Assembly: GCA_037441385.1 (NCBI GenBank) | Contig: JBBISH010000039.1 | Coordinates: 1 to 47,103 of the forward strand | Direction: 5' to 3' | DNA: 47,103 bases | From: Myxococcales bacterium | Lineage (GTDB): Bacteria > Myxococcota_A > UBA9042 | In this document: one piece after another, positions 1 to 9,150 of the stretch | Layout of the letters: every line of letters begins with the position of its first letter | Numbering within the stretch: position 1 is the stretch's first letter | Made by a program: the position numbers and the translations under genes | The notes under the pieces: generated by a model | Told to the model about the DNA's origin: nothing | What the model saw: the letters and a program-made list of their open reading frames with translations, nothing else | The model's database searches: none

Positions 1-3000
1 GGCAAGGGCTGCGTCAACACCGCCAACACCACCGGCTGCAACGACGGCAACGCCTGTACCCTGACCGATACCTGCGACGGCAAGGGCAGCTGCGTGGGCG
101 CGCCCATTGACGCCAGCGTCACCTGCAACGACAACAACCCGTGCACCCAAGACGTGTGCGACCAGGGCACCGGCTGCATCAACCCGGCCCAGGCGGCGGT
201 ATGCGAAGACGGCAACCCGTGCACCAACGGCGACCAATGCTCGGCCGGCAAGTGCAAGCCCGGACAAAACATTTGCGGCTGCCAGGTCGACGCCGACTGC
301 CTGCCGCAAGACGACGGCAACCCGTGCAACGGCAGCATGTACTGCAACAAGCAAAAGGCGCCGTACGTCTGCGAAATCGACCCCAAGACGCTGGTCGTCT
401 GCGACACCAGCAAAGACACGGTGTGCTCGCAGAACTTGTGCAATACCAGCACAGGCAGCTGCGCCCCGGTCAGCGCGCCCGACACCAAGTTCTGCAACGC
501 CGACGACAGCGTCTGTACGCAAAATGACACGTGCAAAGGGGGCATCTGCACCGCGGGCGCCAAGCTGAATTGCGACGACGGCAACCCGTGCACGGACGAC
601 CTGTGCGACCCCAAGGACGGCTGCAAGAATGTGGCGAACTTGGCGCCCTGCAGCGACGGCAACGGTTGCACCGTGGGCGACGTGTGCGCTAGCGCTCAGT
701 GTGTTCCCGGCGTCACCACGGTCTGCAACGACGACTCGCCTTGCACCACGGACAGTTGCGTCACCTCGACCGGCAAGTGCAAGTTCGACGCCGCGCCGTT
801 CGAGGGCAGCACCTGCGACGCCGACGGCAGCAAGTGCACCGTGGACGACAAGTGCGTGGCGGGCAAGTGTACCCCTGGGACCACGCTGCTGCAGTGTGCA
901 GACACCAACGTCTGCACCGACGAGAGCTGCGATCCCCAGCAAGGCTGCGTCAAGACGAACAATACCAAGCCGTGCGACGCGGACAAGGACCCGTGTACAC
1001 CGCAAGACACCTGCGCCAACGGCCAGTGCACGCTGGGACCCGCCAAAGACTGCGACGACAAGAACGTCTGCACGCTGGACAAGTGCGACACGACCAACGG
1101 CAACTGCGTCCACACGCCCGCGCCCGACGGCAAGAATTGCGAAGACGGCGACCTGTGCACCAGCAACGACACGTGCAAGGCCGGAACCTGCAGCGCCGGT
1201 CCGCCCACCAACTGCGACGACGGCGACCAATGCACCACGGACACCTGTTCCAAGACAGGCGGTTGCAGCAACAAGACCGTGGCCGACAAGACCGCCTGTA
1301 GCGACGGCGATCCGTGCACCTACACCGACGTGTGCACCGCGGGCCAGTGCGCCGGCGTCAAGGTCAACTGCGACGACAGCAACGCTTGCACAGACGACAT
1401 CTGCGGCACGGTGGGCTGCGAGCACCCCGCCAAGAACGACACCACCACTGTGGCGGGCGTGTGCGATGGCGCCAAGTGGTGCGTGGCCGGCACCTGCAAG
1501 CAAAAGGGCTGTGGCGACGGCTACTTGGACAGCAAGTCCGGCGAGGCGTGCGACGACGGCAACAGCGCCAGCTGCGACGCCTGCGAGGCCTGCCAATACC
1601 GCGGCGTCTTGCTGCTGGACGGAACCGGCGCGGCGAGCGCAGCGGTGACCCCGCAACTGCTTACGTACAAGGGGGATCTGGGGCTCTCGCACGATCTGAC
1701 GCTGGAGGCCTGGGTCAAGCCCGAGTCGCTGGTGGGCGATACCTACATCGCGAGCAAGGGCCGGGTCACGGCGCCAGCGGCGGTGGCCTGGTCGCTGGGC
1801 CTGGAAGCCACGACCGGCAACGTGTTCTTTGCCGCCCAAGGTCCCGACGGCGGCGAAAAGGTGACGGGCACCAAGGGCGCGCCGGTCAAAGTCTGGTCCC
1901 ACGTGGCCGTCGTGGTGGTTGGCGAGCAAGTTCGCTTCTATGTCAACGGGGTGCCCGCGGGCACCGGGGTGCTCTACAAGGTGCGGCAGGACGCGGCCGG
2001 CGTGCCCGTGGCGGTGGGCAAGCGCTATTCGGACCTGGATGTTGGGTTCTTCACGGGCGCCATCGACGCCATTCGCCTCTCGAACGCCCCGCTGTACGGT
2101 GCCGCCTTTGTGCCCAGCCGCATCTTGCAGGCCGCGACCGACACCCGCGCGTTGTGGCTGTTTGACGATCCGCCCGCGGCCATGGGCAATGCGCCGTACA
2201 CCAGCGATTCTAGTGGCAACATGAACACGCTCGTGCTGGGCTCTGGCACCACCATCGGTCCCGACAGCTGCTACGGCGCGCCGGCGAGCAGCGCGGTGTG
2301 CGGCGACGGCGTGGTCAATTCGGCGTTCGAGACGTGCGATGACAAGAACGGGGACGCCTGCGATGGTTGCGTGGCATGTCAGGCGCAGCGGAGCTTTGAC
2401 GCCACGGCCAACGCGCCCGCGTACTCGACACCGCTCTCGGGTTGGGCCGGCGACGCCTTCTGCCCGACTTGCGAGGTCACGGTGGAAGCCTGGGTCAAGC
2501 TCGTGTCGACGCCGGCCGACAAGGTGGTCTTGTTTGGGACGTCGTGCATCAACTACTTTGGCGTGCTCTACTCCGGGCCTCTCAGCAAGTTCGGTGTGTC
2601 AGTCGCGGGCAGTCCGGTGCTGTGGGGCCCACAGATCATCGCCATCGATCAGTGGTACCACGTAGCGGTCACCTCGGGCTTTGCCGGAAACAGCCCGATT
2701 CGGCTGTACATCGACGGAAAGTTGCAGGTACCCGACCCACCGATCGCGGTTCCGCCTGCGCCCGTGGACGTGGGTGCGATTGGCAAAGAGGTGCTGTGGA
2801 TTGGCGCGAGCAGCGATTGCGTCGCGGCTGGGGGGCTGAGCAGTCCAAAGCTGCAATTCCCGGGTCAGATCGACGAGGTGCGGGTGTCGCAGGGAATGCG
2901 GTACACGGACAGTTTCAAACCGCCACCCAAGCGCGTCCGGCCGGATCGCCAAACGCGAGCGCTGTGGCACTTTGACGAGCCCAGCGCAGCCACCGCCTAC

Positions 3001-3873
3001 AGCGACGACGGTGGGGCCGGTGTGGTACTGAGTGCCTCCAAGACCGCTTGGACCAATGACCAATGCTGGGGGCAGAAGGGCGCGTCGGTCTGCGGCGATG
3101 GCCAGGTGGCCAAGTATGAGCAATGCGACGCGGGCGCGGCGAATGGCCCGACCTCGACCTCGTGCGGCACGACCTGCATGTCGCCAAAGGTGAACAGCCT
3201 GGACAACGACTGCACCATGATGACGTGGCCCGGAACGAGCGGAATTTATGGAGCAATTCTTGGCTACGGCGGACCATGGACTGTAGAAGGGTGGGTCCGG
3301 CTCGCTTCGCTGCCCAGCGCCGGCACCACTGGGTTCATCGTAGGCGTCGCCGATTCCGCTGCGGGGAGCCCGTTTGCCTGCGGCCAGCCCGCCAAGCAAG
3401 AATGGTATGTTGCGACCGACTCGGCTGGCGCGGACGCCAGTCAACTCGGCGGGGCCGGTCAGGTCGCCAGCCTGACTAGCAAGGTATGGCGGGCCGGCAC
3501 TTGGCAGCACTTTGCCATTCAGTACGAGGGGTTCAGCAAGGGGTCGCTATGGGTCGATGGCGCCCGCGTGCGCACGTTCGCCAACGTGTCGACAAACTGG
3601 CAGTCCGCCTGTTCGCTTTTCCTGGGCAACAACAACACGGGCAAGGCATCCGCGGCCAGCCTGGCCAGCTTGCGCTTTTCGCAAGAGGTCCGCTATGGGC
3701 AGCCGTTTGTGCCCAGCTGGCGGCTGTTCAGCGACGCAGCCACCAAGTGGCTCTTTGAATTCAGCGATCCCGGCGCAGGCGTCAAGACGATTTGGGACAC
3801 CGCGTCCGCCTTCAAGCTCAACCTGATGGGCACCTTGCCGACCTTCGCGGCAGACGGCCCGCAGTGCAAGTAG
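1..3873 (+). CDS. Large Cys-rich repeat surface protein with three LamG-like jellyroll domains (5'-partial)
   Basis: The frame is open from base 1 (GKGCVNTANTTGCNDGNACT...). It has many CxDxNxCTxDxC repeats, then three CGDG...ExCDxG myxobacterial Cys motifs, each followed by a LamG-like domain (T[LV]E[AG]WV[KR], WxH[VF]A[VI], [FL][YW][VI][ND]G). Confidence 0.85.
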   Translation, partial: GKGCVNTANTTGCNDGNACTLTDTCDGKGSCVGAPIDASVTCNDNNPCTQDVCDQGTGCINPAQAAVCEDGNPCTNGDQCSAGKCKPGQNICGCQVDADCLPQDDGNPCNGSMYCNKQKAPYVCEIDPKTLVVCDTSKDTVCSQNLCNTSTGSCAPVSAPDTKFCNADDSVCTQNDTCKGGICTAGAKLNCDDGNPCTDDLCDPKDGCKNVANLAPCSDGNGCTVGDVCASAQCVPGVTTVCNDDSPCTTDSCVTSTGKCKFDAAPFEGSTCDADGSKCTVDDKCVAGKCTPGTTLLQCADTNVCTDESCDPQQGCVKTNNTKPCDADKDPCTPQDTCANGQCTLGPAKDCDDKNVCTLDKCDTTNGNCVHTPAPDGKNCEDGDLCTSNDTCKAGTCSAGPPTNCDDGDQCTTDTCSKTGGCSNKTVADKTACSDGDPCTYTDVCTAGQCAGVKVNCDDSNACTDDICGTVGCEHPAKNDTTTVAGVCDGAKWCVAGTCKQKGCGDGYLDSKSGEACDDGNSASCDACEACQYRGVLLLDGTGAASAAVTPQLLTYKGDLGLSHDLTLEAWVKPESLVGDTYIASKGRVTAPAAVAWSLGLEATTGNVFFAAQGPDGGEKVTGTKGAPVKVWSHVAVVVVGEQVRFYVNGVPAGTGVLYKVRQDAAGVPVAVGKRYSDLDVGFFTGAIDAIRLSNAPLYGAAFVPSRILQAATDTRALWLFDDPPAAMGNAPYTSDSSGNMNTLVLGSGTTIGPDSCYGAPASSAVCGDGVVNSAFETCDDKNGDACDGCVACQAQRSFDATANAPAYSTPLSGWAGDAFCPTCEVTVEAWVKLVSTPADKVVLFGTSCINYFGVLYSGPLSKFGVSVAGSPVLWGPQIIAIDQWYHVAVTSGFAGNSPIRLYIDGKLQVPDPPIAVPPAPVDVGAIGKEVLWIGASSDCVAAGGLSSPKLQFPGQIDEVRVSQGMRYTDSFKPPPKRVRPDRQTRALWHFDEPSAATAYSDDGGAGVVLSASKTAWTNDQCWGQKGASVCGDGQVAKYEQCDAGAANGPTSTSCGTTCMSPKVNSLDNDCTMMTWPGTSGIYGAILGYGGPWTVEGWVRLASLPSAGTTGFIVGVADSAAGSPFACGQPAKQEWYVATDSAGADASQLGGAGQVASLTSKVWRAGTWQHFAIQYEGFSKGSLWVDGARVRTFANVSTNWQSACSLFLGNNNTGKASAASLASLRFSQEVRYGQPFVPSWRLFSDAATKWLFEFSDPGAGVKTIWDTASAFKLNLMGTLPTFAADGPQCK

Positions 3874-3926
3874 CCTGCTGGGGCGGCCGGCTGGCCCTGG
3901 AGTCCTGCGGCGTCCGGCTGCGGTCT

Positions 3927-4997
3927 CTAGCGCCGCGGCGCCTGGTTGGCCAGTTGCTCCTGCAGTTCACGAATTTGCGCTTCAGCTGCGGCGAGGCGCT
4001 GCGCCAATTGGCGGGCCAGTTGCTCGGCTTGTGCGGCGCGGTCGTTGGCGCTTTGGGCCCGCTCGGCGGCCGACTGACTGCGCGACTCGGCGGCTTGGAC
4101 GCGTGATTCTGCCTGTGCGGCGCGGTGTTCGGTGGACTGGGCGCGTTGGTCGGTCTGGGCGGCGCGCTGTTCCGCTTGGGTGGCCCGTTGCTCGGCTTGC
4201 GCGGCGCGCTGTTCGGCGCTGCGGGCGCGCTGGTCGGCCCCGGCGGCGGTTTGCTGCGCGGAGGTCGCCTGTCTTTGGGCGTCGGCGGCGGTGGCGTTGG
4301 CCTGTTGGGCCCACTGGTAGGCGTTGGTGGCGGTTTGTTCGGCGCGCTTGAGGAGGTCGCCAGTATCCGACGCGAGGGTTCGTTGGATTTGGACGAGTTT
4401 GGCGACCGCGTCGCGCCGATCGCGCCATGGCAGCGGCAGGGCGAGGTATGCCATGTAGTAGACCGCGGCCTCGTTGGGCAGGCCGCCCAGTTCGCACGCT
4501 CGGGCGGCATTGAAGAGCAGGAGTGGCCGCGGTGTGAGGATGTACACAGACTCGAAAAGCTGTGCTGCTGCGCCGGCTTGACCCGCCTTGGCGGTTTGCA
4601 GAGCGAGCGTGGCGCAAGGTTCGGCGTGGGTCGCGCGCAGGGCGTCGGCCGTTCGCTTGGCGTCGGCGAGCTCGCGTTTCAGGGTCTTGGTGCTGGCGGC
4701 CGCGTCGACGAACTTGTCGTAGAGTGCCTTGGCCTGGCCGACTTGGATGCACTGTTGAGGGGCCGCCGACTGCTCCTGGGCCGCGCACCGGTAGGCACTG
4801 GCCGCGTACCAGACGAGCTTGGGATCTTGTGGGTTTTCGTTGCCTTGTCGCTCGTAGTCACTGCCAAGGGCCGCGAGGTCGGGGTTGGCCGCTTTGAGTT
4901 CAGCGCACACGTCGGGCGGTGCCGCTTGGGCCGTGGACGCCGCGCCGAGCAGTAACAGGAGCCATGAGCACGCCACACGCAATCGAATCCGCTGCAT
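3927..4997 (-). CDS. Secreted protein: TPR-like helical N-terminal part plus C-terminal heptad-repeat coiled coil
   Basis: Start moved to ATG 4997 (MQRIRLRVACSWLLLLLGAASTAQA, signal peptide). TPR-like segment LLFNAARACE...EAAVYYMAYL. AEQRAAQ-type heptads follow. Confidence 0.7.
   Translation of the reverse strand: MQRIRLRVACSWLLLLLGAASTAQAAPPDVCAELKAANPDLAALGSDYERQGNENPQDPKLVWYAASAYRCAAQEQSAAPQQCIQVGQAKALYDKFVDAAASTKTLKRELADAKRTADALRATHAEPCATLALQTAKAGQAGAAAQLFESVYILTPRPLLLFNAARACELGGLPNEAAVYYMAYLALPLPWRDRRDAVAKLVQIQRTLASDTGDLLKRAEQTATNAYQWAQQANATAADAQRQATSAQQTAAGADQRARSAEQRAAQAEQRATQAEQRAAQTDQRAQSTEHRAAQAESRVQAAESRSQSAAERAQSANDRAAQAEQLARQLAQRLAAAEAQIRELQEQLANQAPRR
4020..4340 (-). repeat. Degenerate 21-bp tandem repeat encoding AEQRAAQ-like heptads
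   Basis: Translated run ADQRARS/AEQRAAQ/AEQRATQ/AEQRAAQ/TDQRAQS/TEHRAAQ/AESRVQA/AESRSQS/AAERAQS/ANDRAAQ. Boundaries are approximate. Confidence 0.75.
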
Positions 4998-5228
4998 CGC
5001 CACCCCGTTTGCTCGCCAGGTCTGGGGCACACTGTGGCATTCCTCGCGCTGGCTTGGCAACCCTGGCGAACAGGCGATGCGGGCGACCCCTTCAATTCTT
5101 CCGCGGTTCTGCGCCGGTCGCCCCCCAATACCCGGTCGTGCAGCGCTTTGGGGAAGGGCCACGCCGCCCGGCCTTGTCCACCGCCGCCGGGACCGGTGCT
5201 CGCGCCGCAAGTTCCCCAATACCTGTGC

Positions 5229-5251
5229 CCACATGACACAAGGGCGCCTTG
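5229..5251 (+). repeat. REP-like hairpin repeat, copy 1 (intergenic, upstream of the hyd operon)
   Basis: CCACATGACACAAGGGCGCCTTG is 22/23 identical to the reverse complement of 26600-26622. Confidence 0.75.
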
Positions 5252-5416
5252 CCGTGGTGGTTGGCGTGGTGGGCGTCACGGGTCCATCACGGGCCATCTG
5301 ACAAACCGATGTCGTGCGGCCGCAGCCGCGCCCATCCTGCAGGCTTGGAAGCTGGCGCGGTAGTCCTATCCTGGTTGGCGCCCGGCAGTGCGCGGCACAC
5401 GGGACGCGAGGTTGAC

Positions 5417-5977
5417 ATGCTCATCCAAGAACAGAGAGTGCTCGAGGCCGAAATTGTGGCCCTGGCCGACAGGCACGGCCGCAAACGCAGCGCGTTGCTG
5501 CCGATTCTGCTCGCGATTCAAGAGAAGTATCACTATATCAACAAGTTTGCTATGCAAGAGGTGGCTGCGCTGCTGGGCATCCACCCCGTTGAAGTCTATG
5601 GGGTGGTGCGCTTCTACTCGTTTCTGCACGCCGAGCGTCGCGGCAACGTGATGATCCGCATGTGCCGGTCGCTCAGCTGCGACTTGGCCGGCAAGGACGC
5701 CGTCGCCCGGCAAATTGAGAACGACCTTGGGATCCAGTTCGGCGAGACGACCGAGGACGGGCGCTTCTCGTTAGAGTGGGCCCAGTGCCTTGGGCAGTGC
5801 GACCGGGGCCCCGCCCTCCTGGTCGGCGACACATTGCACCCTCGTGTCAGGTGCGCGGAAATTCATGAGATTTTGGAGCAAGCTCGCGCCGCCTTCGGCG
5901 TCTACCCGCTGCGCCACGCCGGGGTCGCCCACACGCCGCACTTCCACTACGACCCGATGGCCGGGAGGACGCCATGA
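5417..5977 (+). CDS. hydC: NuoE-like [2Fe-2S] subunit of trimeric [FeFe]-hydrogenase (HydC/gamma)
   Basis: GAGG RBS and ATG 5417. NuoE motifs LLPILLAIQEKY and VYGVVRFYS; [2Fe-2S] ligands CRSLSC...CLGQC. ATGA overlap with the next gene. Confidence 0.9.
   Translation: MLIQEQRVLEAEIVALADRHGRKRSALLPILLAIQEKYHYINKFAMQEVAALLGIHPVEVYGVVRFYSFLHAERRGNVMIRMCRSLSCDLAGKDAVARQIENDLGIQFGETTEDGRFSLEWAQCLGQCDRGPALLVGDTLHPRVRCAEIHEILEQARAAFGVYPLRHAGVAHTPHFHYDPMAGRTP
5827..5852 (-). repeat. REP-like hairpin repeat, degenerate copy inside hydC
   Basis: The reverse complement ACCTGACACGAGGGTGCAATGTGTCG is 22/26 identical to 18912-18937. Confidence 0.45.
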
Positions 5978-7161
5978 CCGCAACACCACTCGACATTCTG
6001 CTGGGTAGCGACGTGCCGGCCGAGGCCGGGCTGCACAAGGCGGCGGGCCTGCCAGCGCAGAAGATCATCGACGAGGTGCGGGAGTCCGGGCTCCGCGGCC
6101 GCGGCGGGGCGGGCTTCCCCACCGCGACCAAGTGGCAGCTCGCGCGCGACGCAGCGGGCACCATGAAGTTCGTGGTCTGCAACGCCGACGAGGGCGAGCC
6201 GGGCACCTTCAAGGACCGCGTCCTCCTCACCGACCGCGCCGACCTTGTCTTTGAGGGCATGACCCTGGCCGCGCGCGCCATCGGGGCCAGCCATGGCATC
6301 GTCTATTTGCGCGGCGAGTACCGCTACTTGCGCCCGCACCTTGAGTCTGTGCTCGTCCGGCGCCGCGCCGAAGGCCTCCTTGGGGCCACCATTCTGGGCG
6401 TCGCCGGCTTCGACTTCGACATCGAGATCCACATGGGCGCCGGCGCCTACGTGTGCGGCGAAGAGACCGCCCTCATCGAGAGCCTGGAAGGTCACCGCGG
6501 CGAGCCCCGCAACCGCCCACCGTTCCCCGTGAATACGGGCTTCTTCGACCAGCCCACCATCGTCAACAACGTGGAAACGCTCGCATTGGCGGCGCGCATC
6601 GTCGACCGCGGCGGCGCCTGGTTCGCGCGTTTCGGCACGCCGGGCTCGCGCGGCTACAAGCTGTTCTCTGTCTCGGGCGACTGCCAGCGGCCGGGCGTCT
6701 ACGAGCTGCCGATGGGCACAAAAGTCCTTGAACTCTTGGAGCTCGTCGGCGGCGAGGACGCCAAGGCCGTCCAGGTCGGCGGCGCCTCCGGTCGCTGCGT
6801 GGGACGAGCCGAGTTCGACCGCAGCCTCTGCTTTGAGGACCTTGCCACCGGCGGGGCGGTCATGGTCATCGGCCCTGGCCGCGACATGCTCCAAGTCGCC
6901 CGCAACTTCTTGGAGTTCTTCGTGGAAGAGAGCTGCGGGCAGTGCACGCCGTGCCGGTCCGGCAACGTCGCCCTCCTAGAGGGCGTCGAGCTCTTGCAGG
7001 CCGGCCGCTGCTCGATGGCCCACCTCCACGAGCTCAAGGCCCTGGGCGACACGATGCGCCTCACCGCCAAGTGCGGCCTGGGGCAATCGAGTCCTCAAGC
7101 TTTCCTCAGCATCATTGAACAGTTTGCCGACGAGGTCCTTGGCCAGCAACCGCGCGCCTAG
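5974..7161 (+). CDS. hydB: NuoF-like FMN/NADH-binding subunit (short HydB/beta, 395 aa)
   Basis: GLRGRGGAGFP, NADEGEPGTFKDR, GAGAYVCGEETALIESLEG, and [4Fe-4S] motif ESCGQCTPCR...C. There are no extra N- or C-terminal ferredoxin domains. Confidence 0.93.
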   Translation: MTATPLDILLGSDVPAEAGLHKAAGLPAQKIIDEVRESGLRGRGGAGFPTATKWQLARDAAGTMKFVVCNADEGEPGTFKDRVLLTDRADLVFEGMTLAARAIGASHGIVYLRGEYRYLRPHLESVLVRRRAEGLLGATILGVAGFDFDIEIHMGAGAYVCGEETALIESLEGHRGEPRNRPPFPVNTGFFDQPTIVNNVETLALAARIVDRGGAWFARFGTPGSRGYKLFSVSGDCQRPGVYELPMGTKVLELLELVGGEDAKAVQVGGASGRCVGRAEFDRSLCFEDLATGGAVMVIGPGRDMLQVARNFLEFFVEESCGQCTPCRSGNVALLEGVELLQAGRCSMAHLHELKALGDTMRLTAKCGLGQSSPQAFLSIIEQFADEVLGQQPRA

Positions 7162-7182
7162 ACCCGCAACCAGGAGCAAACC

Positions 7183-9111
7183 ATGACTACCGAAATGCGC
7201 CGCACCCAGACGATCCCGCGCGCGCCGACCAGCATGCAGATCAACCCGATCCCGCAGGCACCCAGCGAGCTCGGCGAGCACGGCCAGATCGAAATCACCA
7301 TCGACGGCCAGGCCGCGCAAGTGCCGTACGGGACTACGATTCTCGAAGCTGCTCGCAGCATCGGCATCCGCATCCCCACGCTGTGTCACCACCCGGACCT
7401 TTGCGTCGCCGGCGTCTGCCGCATCTGTGTCGTCGAGGTCGCGGGCCAGCGCAACCTCCAGGCTTCGTGTGCCTATCCGATCACCGCGCCGCTCCAGATC
7501 CAGACCCACACCCGCGCCGTCCGCACCGCCCGCCGCCACATCCTGGACCTCATGCTCACCAACCACTACGGCGACTGCTACGCGTGCTGGCGCAACCGCA
7601 ACTGCGAACTCCAGACGCTCGCAGAGGAATACGGCGTCGACTGGTTCCGCTTCGGCCACGTCAAGCAGCCCATCTACCCCATCGACGCGTCCAGCCACGC
7701 CGTCGTCCGCGACATGAACAAGTGCATCTTGTGCCGGCGCTGCGTCCGCACCTGCATCGACCTCCAAGAAGTCGGCGCCCTGGAAGCCATCCGCCGCGGC
7801 GCGGACACCGTCATCTCCACGTTCGCCGACAAGCCGCTCAGCGAGGTCGTCTGCATCGGCTGCGGCCAGTGCATCAACCGCTGCCCCACCGGCGCCCTGC
7901 AGGCCAACGACCCCACCGACGAGGTCTGGCACGCCATCGACGACCCCAACAAACACGTGGTATTGCAAACCGCACCGTCGCCCCGCGCCGCCATCGGCGA
8001 GTGCTTTGGGCAGGCGCCCGGCAAGGCGCTGACCGGCGAGCTCAACACCGCGCTCCACTTCTGCGGCTTCGACCGGGTCTTCGACACCAACTTCGCCGCC
8101 GACCTCACCATCCTCGAAGAGGCTACGGAGCTGCTCATCCGGCTCCGCAAGGCGCTCGCCGATCATGTGCCGGTGTCCCTGCCGCAATTCACCAGTTGCT
8201 CGCCCGGCTGGGTCAAGTACCTGGAGCACTTCTATCCCGAGATGATCCCGAATCTTTCATCGGCGAAGAGTCCGCAGCAGATGTTCGGTACGGTCATCAA
8301 GACCTACTACGCCAAGGTTCACGGCATCGACCCGAGCCAGGTGGTCACGGTGGCACTGATGCCGTGCTCGGCCAAGAAGTTCGAGTGCAATCGCCCCGAG
8401 ATGCACGACTCGGGCCACAAGGACGTGGACTATGGCCTGACCACTCGCGAGATGGCGGCCATGATCAAGGAAGCCGGCATCGACTTGCCCGCGATGAAAC
8501 CCAGCGGTTTCGACGACCCCTTTGGCACGGCGACCGGCTCGGGCGTGGTCTTTGGCGCCACCGGCGGCGTCATGGAGGCCGCACTCCGGACCGCCATCGA
8601 GCTCGTAACTGGCGACAAGGTCGAGCGTCTGTTTCAGCACGCCAACATCACCCCGGTCCGCGGCATGGCCGGCGTGCGCTACGCCGAGGTCACCATCGAC
8701 AAGGTCGGCCCCGTGCCGGACTTGCTCAAGAAGCACTTCACCTCGTTTGATTTCCTGCTGGGCCAGACGCTGAAGGTCGGGATCGCCCACGGCACCGCCA
8801 ACGCCAAGAAAGTCCTGGAGGACATCAAGGCCGGCGGCAAGTTCGCCAGCTGCCACTTCATCGAGTTCATGGCCTGCCCTGGCGGCTGCCTGGGCGGCGG
8901 CGGCCAGCCCATCCCCACCAGCCCCGAGATTCGCGCGGCGCGGGCCAAGGCCATCTACGCCGAGGACCGCGGTGCGGCCGTCCGCAAGTCGCACGAGAAC
9001 CCCGATGTCTTGAAGATTTACCGTGAGTTCCTGACTGACGGGCCGTGCGGCGAGCAGGCCCACCACCTGCTGCATACGCACTATACGCCGCGAGGCAAGT
9101 TCATCGTCTAG
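7183..9111 (+). CDS. hydA: [FeFe]-hydrogenase catalytic subunit (group A, multimeric type)
   Basis: AGGAG RBS. N-terminal [2Fe-2S], His-ligated [4Fe-4S] (HYGDCYAC...C) and 2x[4Fe-4S] (CILCRRC, CIGCGQC). H-cluster motifs TSCSPGW, MPCSAKKFE, EFMACPGGCLGGGGQP. Confidence 0.97.
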   Translation: MTTEMRRTQTIPRAPTSMQINPIPQAPSELGEHGQIEITIDGQAAQVPYGTTILEAARSIGIRIPTLCHHPDLCVAGVCRICVVEVAGQRNLQASCAYPITAPLQIQTHTRAVRTARRHILDLMLTNHYGDCYACWRNRNCELQTLAEEYGVDWFRFGHVKQPIYPIDASSHAVVRDMNKCILCRRCVRTCIDLQEVGALEAIRRGADTVISTFADKPLSEVVCIGCGQCINRCPTGALQANDPTDEVWHAIDDPNKHVVLQTAPSPRAAIGECFGQAPGKALTGELNTALHFCGFDRVFDTNFAADLTILEEATELLIRLRKALADHVPVSLPQFTSCSPGWVKYLEHFYPEMIPNLSSAKSPQQMFGTVIKTYYAKVHGIDPSQVVTVALMPCSAKKFECNRPEMHDSGHKDVDYGLTTREMAAMIKEAGIDLPAMKPSGFDDPFGTATGSGVVFGATGGVMEAALRTAIELVTGDKVERLFQHANITPVRGMAGVRYAEVTIDKVGPVPDLLKKHFTSFDFLLGQTLKVGIAHGTANAKKVLEDIKAGGKFASCHFIEFMACPGGCLGGGGQPIPTSPEIRAARAKAIYAEDRGAAVRKSHENPDVLKIYREFLTDGPCGEQAHHLLHTHYTPRGKFIV

Positions 9112-9150
9112 ACTCACCGGCCGCCGGCCACGACCAAGGAGCGCGACACC

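Noticed and set aside
5417..7161. nuoE/nuoF of respiratory complex I
   Set aside because: Followed by an H-cluster protein and maturases, with no other nuo genes.
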